A stretch of DNA of 64,000 bases from Mobula hypostoma (lineage: Eukaryota): NCBI RefSeq assembly GCF_963921235.1, contig NC_086109.1, positions 19,780,001 to 19,844,000 of the forward strand. The letters run 5' to 3'. This document shows positions 62,571-64,000 of the stretch, in pieces (position 1 is the first letter of the stretch; every line of letters begins with the position of its first letter). The translations under genes and the position numbers were made by a program. The notes beneath the pieces were generated by a model. That model was not told where the DNA came from and ran no database searches. It worked only from the letters and a program-made list of their open reading frames with translations.

Positions 62571-64000
62571 TAAGTGGAGGCCCCTTCTGTTAACTTGGGT
62601 CAATTTGACCAATTCTAAAACATTTTCCTGAGAGAACAGCTGAGTAGAGTCAATCTGGATACAGGCCACCATAAAATAGTGCCAAAATTTGAAGATCATA
62701 TCCGAGCTGAAAATGTATTTTTTGTCCATTTAAGCTAATAGGCCTGTAAAAATGTATTGAGGGGAGTTAAGAATGTGTTTAAAAAGTGGGCAATGTTGGT
62801 CAGTAAGATGTGATTGATTTGAGTGTGGTGATTAGCACAACACAACGTGTGTGACCAGGGTTCAATTCCACCGCTGTCCGTAAGGACTTTGTACATCCCC
62901 CCAAGACCGCATGGGTTTCCTCACACATTTCAAAGGTGTAAGTTAATTTGGCAGATAGATGTAATTGGGCAGTGTGGACTGTTACCGTTTTGTATTTCTA
63001 AATAAAATAAAATAAAACATATAAAATAGGAGCATAATTCCACACTGAGTATGTTGAGTATCTTTTTTGGAAAAGCAAATAATTTTATGGCTACAGATCC
63101 TCAGAATGTTGAACTAGTGTACTAGCTCATCTCACAGGCAGGAGCAATTACAGGCAAATGTAATGGTATGGTTTGATTTAAAAATTCCTTGGAAGAATGA
63201 ATTCACCACAGACTGACAAGCATGCTGCCCAGAATAAGGAAAGGGAAATGTAAGCAAGTCATTTATTTGTTCAAACAACATTGGTTTTGTGGCTAAACGA
63301 CAGGGCTATTTAAAGTGGTGGAAGAGTAGGACAGGATAGATACCAATGGACTAAGAGAGTTGGACCAAAACAAAGAAATGATTTCTTCTCAGTGCTTTAG
63401 ATAATAGAATTCATTGCCCAGATTAAAGCTGGAACTGGACAAAGGGACATGGAAATTAAATGATTATATGGTGACATTTTCTAATGAACAAGATGGTATA
63501 GAACAGATTTTGCAGAAATAGCTGTTTCTGGTTTGTATCTTCCAGCCAGAGGGTTTGCTACCATGGGCAAATTATGAATCCTAATTTTGGTAATATAGAG
63601 AAAGTACAAACTTAATCTTTCTCCACATTCCCTCATGACTAGTTGTTACATGCTGAACTTGATCCAAAATGACAAGGTAATTCCATGTTATAATTCCTAC
63701 ACTTGAGAAGACTAGAAACATGAAAGAGCCAAGTAACATATTGACAGCTGGATAGGCCACCACAATATGCTTTGCCAGCTGTTAACGTTAGTTACAACTT
63801 GGAATACTCCTGAAATTCATAAGCACTCAAAAACTATTAAAAATCATTTTTAGAAGTTACAATGTATGGTTTAGTAATTAAAAAATCACTTTAAATTACT
63901 TCTAAACCATGTAAGGAAACAAATATATTTCACAATGATAATTTATAATTCACCCTTGTGACTGTTCACATACATTCAAAAGAAAGGACTTATTGCTCAT

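Overview
This is vertebrate genomic DNA. The repeat content (CR1, Rex1/Babar, Penelope-like elements, tRNA-derived and Deu-domain SINEs, hAT and Tc1 MITEs) suggests a cartilaginous fish, probably a ray; that assignment is an inference. The only host gene recognised is the 3' end of KCND3 (Kv4.3 A-type K+ channel) on the + strand. Three exons are visible: the alternatively spliced 'long-isoform' micro-exon (3204-3263), the penultimate exon (16019-16269) and the last coding exon (21602-21800, ending in the PDZ ligand VSAL), followed by a 3'UTR. The rest is intronic or intergenic and dense in repeats. It includes a full-length but dead hAT transposon with TIRs and TSD (39235-43151), a Gypsy LTR remnant plus a solo LTR, nested MITEs, a 54-bp minisatellite with a 540-bp higher-order duplication, and a 24-bp G-rich minisatellite. 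The most unusual signal is the large number of Penelope-like element ends carrying minimal hammerhead-ribozyme motifs. One copy looks intact (60093-60128), and many sit in short head-to-head fold-back structures. An HDV-like ribozyme fold is also possible in an RTE-type element. All family names come from recognising motifs by eye, not from database searches.
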